Shown here piece after piece: positions 1-8,373 of a stretch of 36,085 bases of DNA. The first letter of the stretch is position 1, and every line of letters begins with the position of its first letter. A model generated the notes under the pieces. It saw only the letters and a list, made by a program, of their open reading frames with translations. It made no database searches and was not told the origin of the DNA. The position numbers were made by a program, and so were the translations under genes. This DNA is from Vicinamibacterales bacterium (GTDB lineage Bacteria; Acidobacteriota; Vicinamibacteria; Vicinamibacterales; CAVVIG01): positions 1-36,085 of the forward strand of contig DASQHH010000604.1 in NCBI GenBank assembly GCA_035632195.1, given 5' to 3'.

Positions 1-1
1 C

Positions 2-217
2 GATCACATCGCGAAAGTGGCCGGCGTCGACCACGTCGGCCTCGGCTCCGACTTCGACGGCGCGACCATGCCGATCGGGATGGAGAGCGCGGCGGGACTC
101 CCGAAGATCACCGACGCCCTGCTGAAGAGGGGCTACTCGGACTCCGACGTCGAGAAGATCCTGGGCGGCAACATCCTGCGGGTAATGGAAGCAGTGGAGC
201 GTGCGGCGCACCGCTGA
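2..217 (+). CDS. membrane dipeptidase (peptidase M19 / renal dipeptidase family), C-terminal fragment; the 5' end lies left of the window
   Basis: The frame is open from the window edge. The tail VDHVGLGSDFDG...LLKRGYSDSDVEKILGGNILRV matches the conserved C-terminal block of M19 dipeptidases. Stop TGA at 215-217. Confidence 0.8.
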   Translation, partial: DHIAKVAGVDHVGLGSDFDGATMPIGMESAAGLPKITDALLKRGYSDSDVEKILGGNILRVMEAVERAAHR

Positions 218-1361
218 CGTTGTCGTCATCGGCGGCGGGTGCATGGGCGCGAGTGTCGCTTATCACCTGACACGCCGCGGCATCACGGACGTCGTCATCG
301 TCGAGCGGGAGAAGTTGCTCGCCACCGGTTCGACCGGGCGCAACGCCGGCGGCGTCCGCCACCAGTTCTCCAACGCCGCGAACATCAGGCTGTCGATCGA
401 GTCGATTGCCCTGCTCGAACGCTTCGGCGACGAGGTCGGGTCGCCAATCGATTTCCATCAGGACGGCTACCTGTTCCTGCTGTCGTCGAAGGCGAGCGTC
501 GAGACGTTCCGGCGCAACGTCGAGCTCCAGCGCGGCCTCGGAGTCGCCGTCGACTGGCTCGAGCCCGCCGACGTCGACCGGCTTGCGCCAGGCGTCGCGA
601 TCGAAGGCATTCTCGCTGCGACGTTCTGCGCGAAGGACGGCATTGCGGATCCCAACGGCGTGACGATGGGGCTCGCGAAGGCGGCGCAGAACGCCGGCGC
701 CTCGGTGGTCCGTGAGACCGAGGTCACCGGCATCCGCGTCGCGGGCGGCGGCCGGATTGATGCCGTCGAAACCTCCCGCGGGGTCATCGAGACGCGCACC
801 GTCGTCAACGCTGCAGGGCCCTGGGCGCGCGCGATCGGCCGTCATGCCGGAATCGACCTGCCGGTCGATCCGTATCGCCGGCACATCTTCATCGCCGCGG
901 TCGATCGGTCCGCCGCGCGCGTTCCGCCGTCGCACATCATGGTCATCGATTTCGGGACGACGTTCTATTTCCATCGTGAGGGCGCCGGAGTGCTCTTCGG
1001 CATGGGCGATCCCGACGAGACGCCGACGTTCGACACGACTGTGCAATGGGATTTCGCGCCCAAGGTCATCGAGGTCGCGATGACGCGTCTGCCGGCGCTC
1101 GGCGAGGCGTCCATCTCACACGCGTGGGCGGGGCTGTACGAGATGACGCCGGACGGCAACCCGATCATCGGCGCCGTTCCGCAGGTCCCCGGGCTGTATC
1201 TGATCAACGGGTTCAGCGGCCACGGTTTTCAGCATTCGCCCGCAGCCGGGCGCATCGTCGCGGATCTGATTGCGGGCAGCGATCCGGGCGTGGACCTGTC
1301 ACCGTTCGCCCTCGAGCGGTTCTCGGCCGGCGTCACGGCCGGCGAACGATACGTCGTGTAG
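201..1361 (+). CDS. FAD-dependent oxidoreductase, DAO family (sarcosine oxidase beta / D-amino-acid dehydrogenase-like)
   Basis: GTG start overlaps the dipeptidase end by 17 nt. N-terminal dinucleotide-binding motif DVVVIGGGCMGASVAYHL, then TGRNAGGVR, and C-terminal INGFSGHGFQHSPAAG, all typical of the DAO family. 386 aa. Confidence 0.85.
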   Translation: MRRTADVVVIGGGCMGASVAYHLTRRGITDVVIVEREKLLATGSTGRNAGGVRHQFSNAANIRLSIESIALLERFGDEVGSPIDFHQDGYLFLLSSKASVETFRRNVELQRGLGVAVDWLEPADVDRLAPGVAIEGILAATFCAKDGIADPNGVTMGLAKAAQNAGASVVRETEVTGIRVAGGGRIDAVETSRGVIETRTVVNAAGPWARAIGRHAGIDLPVDPYRRHIFIAAVDRSAARVPPSHIMVIDFGTTFYFHREGAGVLFGMGDPDETPTFDTTVQWDFAPKVIEVAMTRLPALGEASISHAWAGLYEMTPDGNPIIGAVPQVPGLYLINGFSGHGFQHSPAAGRIVADLIAGSDPGVDLSPFALERFSAGVTAGERYVV

Positions 1362-1415
1362 GCTCGAAACCGCGAAACCGCGTGAAAACAGGAAAAATAG
1401 AAAACACGAAGACGA

Positions 1416-1421
1416 TAAAAT
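1416..1421 (+). promoter_or_regulatory. -10-like hexamer TAAAAT, 7 nt upstream of ATG 1429 (possible leaderless promoter)
   Basis: An A/T hexamer fitting TAnnnT inside an A-rich 67-bp spacer. No Shine-Dalgarno sequence lies between it and the ATG. Confidence 0.3.
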
Positions 1422-1428
1422 CGCCGTG

Positions 1429-1752
1429 ATGGCGTTCGAACGAATTGCCGAGCAAGAAATCCAGGATGCGATGGCGCGCGGCGAGTTCGACAACCTGCCC
1501 AACGCCGGCCAGCCCATCGATCTCGAGGAGTATTTCCGCACGCCGGAACCGCTGCGAATGGCCTATTCGATCCTCAAGAGCGCGAAGTGTGCGCCTGAAG
1601 AGGTCGAGCTGCTGAAGGAGATCCGGTCGCTGGAGCGCTCGGTCGCCGCCGTCGGCGACGAACCGGAGCGCGCCCGCCTCGCGGCCCGCCTGCGCAACCG
1701 CCGACTGCAGCTTGCGGTCGCACTCGATCGCCAGCGCCTGCGTAGTCGCTGA
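1429..1752 (+). CDS. DUF1992 (DnaJ subfamily C28-like) domain protein
   Basis: The N-terminus AEQEIQDAMARGEFDNLPNAGQPIDLEEYF is the signature block of DUF1992. I chose the ATG at 1429 rather than the track start at 1270, because the upstream part overlaps the preceding gene and is Arg/Pro-rich junk. Confidence 0.75.
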   Translation: MAFERIAEQEIQDAMARGEFDNLPNAGQPIDLEEYFRTPEPLRMAYSILKSAKCAPEEVELLKEIRSLERSVAAVGDEPERARLAARLRNRRLQLAVALDRQRLRSR

Positions 1753-1756
1753 TCCG

Positions 1757-2272
1757 ATGCAGATTGCGCTGAAGCGCTGCGTGGTTCGATCGTGGCAGGC
1801 GTCCGACGTCGACTCGCTGGCCGTATACGCGAATAATCGCAACGTCTGGATGAACCTGCGCGACGCGTTTCCGCATCCCTACACGAAGAACGACGCTCGC
1901 GAATTCATCAAGGGGCTGAAGCAGCGCGCGCCGGAGACGTTCTTCGCCATCGCCGTCGGCGACGAGGCGATCGGCGGCATAGGATTCGTCCTGCATCCCG
2001 ACGTCGAGCGCGTATCGGCTGAAATCGGCTACTGGCTCGGCGAGCCGTTCTGGAGCCGCGGCATTGCGAGCGAGGCGGTGGCGGCGGTCACGAAGTACGC
2101 GATGGGCACGCACGGCCTGACGCGGATCTATGCGGTGCCGTTCGCGTGGAACGCAGCGTCGTGCCGGGTGCTCGAAAAAGCGGGCTACGTGCTCGAGGGT
2201 CGCCTGCGCAAGAGCGCGATCAAGGACGGGAAGCTCACCGACCAGCTGCAATACGCGTTCATCGCACCGTAG
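1757..2272 (+). CDS. GNAT family N-acetyltransferase (RimJ/RimL-like)
   Basis: Acetyl-CoA binding region WLGEPFWSRGIASEAVAAVTKYA and C-terminal NAASCRVLEKAGYVLEGRLR are typical of RimJ/RimL-type GNATs. The ATG at 1757 follows the DUF1992 stop by 4 nt. Confidence 0.85.
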   Translation: MQIALKRCVVRSWQASDVDSLAVYANNRNVWMNLRDAFPHPYTKNDAREFIKGLKQRAPETFFAIAVGDEAIGGIGFVLHPDVERVSAEIGYWLGEPFWSRGIASEAVAAVTKYAMGTHGLTRIYAVPFAWNAASCRVLEKAGYVLEGRLRKSAIKDGKLTDQLQYAFIAP

Positions 2273-4736
2273 CGCGGGCGCTCTCGACCTTCTTCACCCT
2301 CCAGATTTCTTCGGCGTATTCCCTCGTGGTGCGGTCGCTGGAGAACTTGCCCATGCCGGCGACGTTGAGGATCGACATCCGCCACCAGTCCGCCGGCTTC
2401 GCATAGACCTCGGCGGCGCGCGCCTGGCAATCGACGTAGGAGCGAAAATCGGCGCACAGCTGGTGGTAGTCGTACTGCGTCAGCGAGTCGAAGATCGGGC
2501 GGAAGATGCCCGAATGGCAGCCGTCGAGCGCGCCCGACCCGATCGTGTCGATGGCCTGGACGAGCTCGGGATCCGTCGCGATCCACTCGCGCGGCCGATA
2601 GCCGGCGCGGCGGATGGCTTCGACCTCGTCCGCCGTGTGGCCGAAGATGAAGATGTTCTCCGCGCCGACTTCCTCGCGAATCTCGATGTTCGCGCCGTCG
2701 AGAGTCCCAATCGTCAGCGCTCCGTTGAGAGCCGCCTTCATATTGCCCGTTCCCGAGGCCTCGGTGCCGGCCGTCGAAATCTGTTCGGAGAGGTCGCACG
2801 CCGGAAAGATCACCTCTGCGAGCGACACCGAGTAGTTCGGCAGGAAGGCGACGGCGAGCTTCCCGCGGACGGCGTGGTCGCCGTTGACGAGCTCGGCGAT
2901 GGAGTTAATCAACTTGATGATCAACTTGGCCATGGCGTAACCCGGCGCGGCCTTGCCCGCGAACAGCACGGTCCGCGGCGCAGGCTCCTCGCGTCCGGCC
3001 CGGATGCGGTGGTACAGAGCGATCACGCGCAGCGCGTTCAGCAGCTGACGCTTGTACTCGTGGATGCGCTTGACCTGACAGTCGAACAGCGTATCGGCAT
3101 CCAGCTCGATCTGCCACGCTTTCTTCGCGCGGTCGGCGAGCACCAGCTTGTTGATTCGATTGGCCCCGATCCACTCCCCGCGGAATCCCGCGTCGTCGGC
3201 GAACGGCGCGAGGCGGCGCAGCTCGGCCAGGTCGGTCGTCCAGGCATCGCCGATGGCTTCCGTGATGAGGGTCGCGAGCGCGGGGTTGCACTGCAGCAGC
3301 CACCGGCGCGGCGTGATGCCGTTGGTCTTGTTCGACAGGCGGCCTGGCAGCGCGGCGTCGAGGTCGGCGAACAGCTGCTCGCGGAGCAGCCGCGTGTGAA
3401 GAGCCGCCACTCCGTTGACCGAGTGGCTGCCGACGTACGCGAGGTGCGCCATGCGCACGTTGCGGTAGTCGTCGATGATGGCGGTTCGCCGCACGAGCCC
3501 TTCGTCGCCCCCGCCGCGCCGCACCGACTCGCGGAAACGGCGGTCGAGCTCTTCGACGATTTCGAAATGGCGCGGCAGCAGACGCTGCATGAGATCCGCC
3601 GGCCATTTCTCCAGAGCCTCGGGCAGGACGGTGTGATTCGTGTAGGCAAAGACCTTCTGCGTCAGCTCCCACGCGACGGCCCAGTCGACGCGAAACTCGT
3701 CGACGAGCAGCCGCATCAGCTCGGGAATCGCGAGCACCGGGTGCGTGTCGTTCAGGTGAATCGCCACTTTGTCCGGCAGCTCGTCCCAGCGCCGCTTGCC
3801 GAACTTGAGAAACCGCCGCAGGACGTCCTGCAGCGTCGCCGAGACGAAAAAATACTGCTGCTTGAGCCGCAGTTCCTTCCCCGCGTATTGATCGTCGGGC
3901 GGGTAGAGCACCTTCGAGATGTTCTCGCTGCGCGTCTTGTCCTCGACGGCGCGCACGTATTCGCCGGCGTTGAACCGTTCGAGATCGAACTCGCGGCTCG
4001 ATTTCGCAGCCCACAGCCTCAGCGTGTTCACCGTGTCGTTCCGGAACCCCGAGACCGGCGTGTCGTACGCCATCGCCCACACGTCCTCGGTATCGACCCA
4101 TCGGACGCGGAACAGCCCCTCGGCATCGTGGTAGCCCTCCGCTCGTCCGTAGAAGCGCACGCGGTGGATCGCGTCCGGCCGCGCAATCTCCCACGGGTTG
4201 CCATAGCGCAGCCAGGTGTCCGGCGCCTCCACCTGGAAGCCGTCGCGAATCCGCTGCGTAAAGATGCCGTACTCGTAGCGGATGCCGTAGCCATAGAAGG
4301 GCAGCCCCAGCGTCGCGGCCGAATCGGTGATGCACGCGGCCAGCCGTCCGAGGCCGCCGTTACCGAGCCCCGCGTCCCACTCGCGCTCGGCGATCGTTTC
4401 GAGATCGCAGCCGAGCCCGTGCAGGGCGTCGATGTAGGCGTTCTTGGCGCCGAGGTTGATCGTGTTGTTGACGAGCGCGCGGCCCATCAGGAACTCGAGT
4501 GACAGGTAGTAGACGCGCTTCGCGTCAGCCTTGTAATACGCGCTCTGCGTGTCGAACCAGCGCTCGACGAGCCGGTCGCGCACGGCGTACGCCAGCGCCT
4601 GGTAGACGTCGAAATCGGTCGCCGTATGCTCGTCCTTCGCAATGGAATACATCATGCGAAAGGCGAGCGAATCCGTGATGCCGGCGGCGTCGAGTCGCCC
4701 GGGCGACGGCGGAGGAATCCGGCGGCGGGGCGGCAT
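2259..4736 (-). CDS. glgP: glycogen/maltodextrin phosphorylase (GT35)
   Basis: Contains the pyridoxal-phosphate attachment signature EASGTGNMKAALNGALTIGTLDGANIE, plus YYLSLEFLMGRAL and LGNGGLGRLAAC. Start set at the ATG at 4736 (825 aa), because the conserved N-terminal block begins just after it. The track extension to 5036 is rejected. Confidence 0.95.
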   Translation of the reverse strand: MPPRRRIPPPSPGRLDAAGITDSLAFRMMYSIAKDEHTATDFDVYQALAYAVRDRLVERWFDTQSAYYKADAKRVYYLSLEFLMGRALVNNTINLGAKNAYIDALHGLGCDLETIAEREWDAGLGNGGLGRLAACITDSAATLGLPFYGYGIRYEYGIFTQRIRDGFQVEAPDTWLRYGNPWEIARPDAIHRVRFYGRAEGYHDAEGLFRVRWVDTEDVWAMAYDTPVSGFRNDTVNTLRLWAAKSSREFDLERFNAGEYVRAVEDKTRSENISKVLYPPDDQYAGKELRLKQQYFFVSATLQDVLRRFLKFGKRRWDELPDKVAIHLNDTHPVLAIPELMRLLVDEFRVDWAVAWELTQKVFAYTNHTVLPEALEKWPADLMQRLLPRHFEIVEELDRRFRESVRRGGGDEGLVRRTAIIDDYRNVRMAHLAYVGSHSVNGVAALHTRLLREQLFADLDAALPGRLSNKTNGITPRRWLLQCNPALATLITEAIGDAWTTDLAELRRLAPFADDAGFRGEWIGANRINKLVLADRAKKAWQIELDADTLFDCQVKRIHEYKRQLLNALRVIALYHRIRAGREEPAPRTVLFAGKAAPGYAMAKLIIKLINSIAELVNGDHAVRGKLAVAFLPNYSVSLAEVIFPACDLSEQISTAGTEASGTGNMKAALNGALTIGTLDGANIEIREEVGAENIFIFGHTADEVEAIRRAGYRPREWIATDPELVQAIDTIGSGALDGCHSGIFRPIFDSLTQYDYHQLCADFRSYVDCQARAAEVYAKPADWWRMSILNVAGMGKFSSDRTTREYAEEIWRVKKVESARATVR

Positions 4737-4816
4737 GCGACCGGATTGTAACCGTGGCGTTCGGCACGCGATTGACTTAAGATGCGTGCAGACGTGTGAG
4801 GCGCGGGGAAATTTCA

Positions 4817-5245
4817 ATGATCGCCCGATTCGCCGTTCCTTTCCTGCTGGTCGCGGTCCCCGCGTTCGGACAATCGCGCGTCTACACCAACGCCGACCTC
4901 GGAAAAGTGCAGCGGACGCACAACGCTCCCGAGTCGGAACTCGTGTGGCTGCGGGCGCACCAATTTGTGGCCGTTCCCGATCGTCCTGCCGGTCCTGAAG
5001 TGATCGTGGTCGCAGGCAGTACCGCCGAAGGACCATTCGGCCCGTTCTACACGACTCCGAGTCTTCCGCTCGCGCTGCCGCTGGAATCGACCGTGCCGTT
5101 GGGCAGTTTTTACGGCGGCTTCTACGGCCGGCACGCGGGCCGCATCTCGTCCGTCGTTCCGAATCTGTCCGCTCCGGCTCCGATCACCGTGCCTCCGTTC
5201 GCACGCGGGTCGTCTCCCGCTGCCCCTCACGCGCGACGACGGTAG
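4817..5245 (+). CDS. hypothetical secreted protein
   Basis: ATG at 4817 is preceded by GGGGAA. Signal-peptide-like N-terminus MIARFAVPFLLVAVPAFGQS. Third codon positions are GC-biased. No recognisable domain. Confidence 0.55.
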   Translation: MIARFAVPFLLVAVPAFGQSRVYTNADLGKVQRTHNAPESELVWLRAHQFVAVPDRPAGPEVIVVAGSTAEGPFGPFYTTPSLPLALPLESTVPLGSFYGGFYGRHAGRISSVVPNLSAPAPITVPPFARGSSPAAPHARRR

Positions 5246-5249
5246 CGGG

Positions 5250-6941
5250 TCAGCGCGGATCCGCCGCGACTCGAAAACCGAGACTGAAGCCCTTGTCCTT
5301 CGGCGCGTGCGTGTAGCGCAGCGCGCAGCGCGCGCTGTCGGAATCGAAATACCAGCTGCCGCCGCGGATGACCCGTTTCTCGCCCGACGCGGGACCGTGC
5401 GGATCGATGTTGGCCGAGGTCCGCTCGGGATACGGCGCGTACCAGTCCGACGTCCATTCCCATACGTTGCCGTGCATGTCCGCGAAGCCCCATGGGTTCA
5501 GCGGATAGGTACCGACAGGCGACGGCGACTTCCCCTTGAAGTTCGCCTGTGCGCTCGTCAGTGACTCGCCGGTCGAGAACGGACCGGTTGTCCCCGCCCG
5601 GCACGCGTACTCCCACTCGGCCTCGGTCGGCAGCCGGTAATGCAGCGCCGGGCCATCAGGCCGGGCGGCTTTGTCGGCGCGGTTGCCATTCCCGCGTTCG
5701 TTCAGCTTCTCGAGAAACTGCTCCACGTCGAAGTACGTGACGTTCTCGACGGGACACTGCGGCCCGCAGTTCGCGAAGGTGCTGGGCGTCGTCCCCATGA
5801 TGCGCCGCCACGCGGTCTGTGTCGTTTCGGTGCGCGCGAGATAGAACGCGTGCGTGATCTCGACGTCGTGCAGCGTCTCGTCGTCCTGTCGCTGCGCCTC
5901 CGACGCGGCGCTTCCCATCGTGAATCGCCCCGCAGGAACGTCGACGAACGTCATGCCCGTCAGCACGTCGGTGATCGTCCGCGTCGGCAGGTGGACCTCT
6001 TCGTCCGCCTTGACGTCGAAGCGGCGGAACCGCCCGTACGACGCGATGGTGCGGACGGCGTTGCCGGTGCCGAGCGTGTACTGCTCGCGCATCTCCTGAG
6101 GCACCGCGATGGTGAACCGATCGTCGAACCGGAACGTCGTCGTCACGACGGCGCGGACCGCGGGCTGCTCGACGTGGAGCTCGGTCTTGAGCACGCGTCC
6201 GGTCGCGACCTCGATCCAAATGCGGCCGTGCGCGAACAGATCGACGCCCGCCTCGCCTTTGATCATCGCGGGCGAGGACACTTCGTGATAGTCCACCCAC
6301 CAGATGCCAGGGCCGACGGTGCGGTCCTCTTTGCCGAGCGAGAACTTGAACCGCTGCTGATAGGACGCCTGCATGACGCCGAGCGCGAGCACCGGGTTGC
6401 CGATCGTGCTGCGCATCGAACCGAGGTTGTAGCGCACGCCTTCGTCGCGAATCGCTTCGGCCTGCGTCAGCGCATCCTTGGTGATCACTCCGGGGGCCCC
6501 GTCCCCCCGGAGGCCGAACAGCTTCGCCAGGCGCTCTTGACGGTCGCGTACGGGCACGCCGTCGACTTCGATCACGTCGCGGAATGGAATCAGGTTCTCG
6601 CTCTCCGGCGATTTGACGAGCAGGAAGTCGGACCGCAGATCCCGGTGCCGCGCGCGCGCGATGTCCGCTGCTGACGGCGGCGCCGTCGCGATGCCGCCGC
6701 GGCCGACGAACGGGCTGAAGCTGGGCAGCGGCTGGTTCGAGTCCTGGATGTACGTCTCTTCGGCGACCACGTTCACGAACTGGTCGATGAAGTAGTCCAG
6801 GTACCACGCAGCGCGGTCGAGAACGACGTCCAGCGGCACGCGTTCGGCCGGTTTATCGGCCGCCGCGTGGACCAGGACGGCGCCGAGGCCTATCGCAATC
6901 AGGACCGCGCGACGCACAGCCTGCAATATACTGCACCGCAT
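5250..6941 (-). CDS. secreted protein with a C-terminal FGE-sulfatase (SUMF1-like) domain and an unassigned N-terminal ~330 aa
   Basis: C-terminal YRLPTEAEWEYACRAGT...HGNVWEWTSDWY...RVIRGGSW...ARCALR are hallmark FGE-sulfatase motifs. The N-terminus from ATG 6941 (MRCSILQAVRRAVLIAIGLGAVLVHAAA) is signal-peptide-like. Confidence 0.85.
   Translation of the reverse strand: MRCSILQAVRRAVLIAIGLGAVLVHAAADKPAERVPLDVVLDRAAWYLDYFIDQFVNVVAEETYIQDSNQPLPSFSPFVGRGGIATAPPSAADIARARHRDLRSDFLLVKSPESENLIPFRDVIEVDGVPVRDRQERLAKLFGLRGDGAPGVITKDALTQAEAIRDEGVRYNLGSMRSTIGNPVLALGVMQASYQQRFKFSLGKEDRTVGPGIWWVDYHEVSSPAMIKGEAGVDLFAHGRIWIEVATGRVLKTELHVEQPAVRAVVTTTFRFDDRFTIAVPQEMREQYTLGTGNAVRTIASYGRFRRFDVKADEEVHLPTRTITDVLTGMTFVDVPAGRFTMGSAASEAQRQDDETLHDVEITHAFYLARTETTQTAWRRIMGTTPSTFANCGPQCPVENVTYFDVEQFLEKLNERGNGNRADKAARPDGPALHYRLPTEAEWEYACRAGTTGPFSTGESLTSAQANFKGKSPSPVGTYPLNPWGFADMHGNVWEWTSDWYAPYPERTSANIDPHGPASGEKRVIRGGSWYFDSDSARCALRYTHAPKDKGFSLGFRVAADPR
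6927..6932 (+). promoter_or_regulatory. -10-like hexamer TATACT, 7 nt upstream of ATG 6940
   Basis: Fits TAnnnT. No SD before the serine hydrolase start. It lies inside the first codons of the divergent FGE-domain gene. Confidence 0.3.
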
Positions 6942-8190
6942 GAAGAAACAGCTGCTCGTCCTGGCTGCGGCGCTCTCGATCGTTTCCATCACGCTCGGTG
7001 CGCAGACGAAGGTCGCGCCGACCAGGCCGCGCGGCTCCGTCAGCGCGCAGTCATCGCCGTCGACGTATTTTCCCGACCGCTTCAACTGGCAGCACAAGCG
7101 GCCGGACGAAGTGGGGATGAACGCGGCGCAGATCGATCAGGCCGTTCAGGCCGCCATCGCCGGCGAGACGACGGGCCCGAAGGACATGGTCCAGTTCCTG
7201 ACGAACAGTTTCGGCAAGGAGCCGTTCTTCAGTCTGATCGGACCGGTGAAGGATCGCGGACCGGCGAGCGGCCTTATCACGCGCCACGGCTACATCGTCG
7301 CGGAGTGGGGCGAGCCGTCGCGCGCCGATATCACCAACAGCGTCACCAAGACGTTTCTGACGACGGTCATCGGGCTGGCGTGGCAGAAGGGGCTGATCCA
7401 CGACGTCAACGATTACGTGCGCGACTACATGCCGCCGCACGTCGACCTGTTCGACTCCGAGCACAACAGGAAGATCAAATGGGATCACCTGCTGCGTCAG
7501 ACAAGCGATTGGCAGGGCACGCTGTGGGATCGTCCCGACTGGGCGGACCGGCCGCAACCGCCGAACGGCACGCTCGAAGAGCAGAAGAACCGCAAGCTGT
7601 GGGAGCCTGGCACGCATTTCAAGTACAACGACGTCCGCGTCAACGTCATGTCGCTCGCGGCACTGCAGGTGATCCGGCGACCGCTGCCTGAAGTCCTGCG
7701 CGAAGAAATCATGGAGCCGATCGGCGCGTCGTCGACCTGGCGCTGGTACGGCTACGAGAACTCGTGGGTGGAATTGGACGGCACGAAGATTCAGTCGGTG
7801 AGCGGCGGCGGCCACTGGGGCGGCGGGTTGTTCATCAATTCGTACGACATGGCGCGCTTCGGCTACCTGATGCTGCACAACGGCAAATGGAAGGATCGCC
7901 AGCTCGTGTCGGAGAAGTGGATCCAGATGGCGCGGACGCCGGGTACCGACAACAAGGAGTACGGCTACGCGAACTGGTATCTGAACCTGCCGCGCGACAA
8001 CGGCACGAAGCCGCTGTCGAACGCGCCCGAGGGCTCCGTCCGCTTCGTCGGCAACGGGTCCAACATCATTTACGTCGACCGGCAGAACGACATCGTCGCC
8101 GTGTTCCGGTGGATCCGCAACGATCGTGCGCTCGACGACGTCATCGGCAAGATGATGGCGTCTATGAAAACGACGGCCACGGCCCAGTAG
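6940..8190 (+). CDS. serine hydrolase, beta-lactamase / class C PBP-like family
   Basis: Signal peptide MKKQLLVLAAALSIVSITLGAQ. SxxK active-site motif in DITNSVTKTFLTTVIGLA. 416 aa. Confidence 0.85.
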   Translation: MKKQLLVLAAALSIVSITLGAQTKVAPTRPRGSVSAQSSPSTYFPDRFNWQHKRPDEVGMNAAQIDQAVQAAIAGETTGPKDMVQFLTNSFGKEPFFSLIGPVKDRGPASGLITRHGYIVAEWGEPSRADITNSVTKTFLTTVIGLAWQKGLIHDVNDYVRDYMPPHVDLFDSEHNRKIKWDHLLRQTSDWQGTLWDRPDWADRPQPPNGTLEEQKNRKLWEPGTHFKYNDVRVNVMSLAALQVIRRPLPEVLREEIMEPIGASSTWRWYGYENSWVELDGTKIQSVSGGGHWGGGLFINSYDMARFGYLMLHNGKWKDRQLVSEKWIQMARTPGTDNKEYGYANWYLNLPRDNGTKPLSNAPEGSVRFVGNGSNIIYVDRQNDIVAVFRWIRNDRALDDVIGKMMASMKTTATAQ

Positions 8191-8201
8191 GCGCGGTCGG
8201 C

Positions 8202-8229
8202 GCCGCTGCGTGCCTCTTCGAGCAGCGGC
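8202..8229. terminator. GC hairpin in a convergent spacer (possible bidirectional terminator)
   Basis: GCCGCTGC (8202-8209) pairs with GCAGCGGC (8222-8229) across a 12-nt loop. No flanking T/A tract. Confidence 0.3.
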
Positions 8230-8373
8230 CGGATCAACTGTGGATACGTCGATCGCCGATCGGCCGCGTCGAGGCGCGTATGCGCAGTTGGGCCGGAGTC
8301 GGCGGGTGCGCGAGTCTGGCGATTGCCGTGATCGTGAAGCCCGGACGCGAAGCGAGCGCCCGCATCGCTCTCG

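Noticed and set aside
2130-4502. 790-aa plus-strand ORF, the second-longest ORF in this part of the track
   Set aside because: It is entirely antisense to glgP, whose product carries unmistakable phosphorylase signatures. The product is Arg/Ala/Pro/Gly-rich with no recognisable motif. This is the typical shadow ORF of high-GC DNA.
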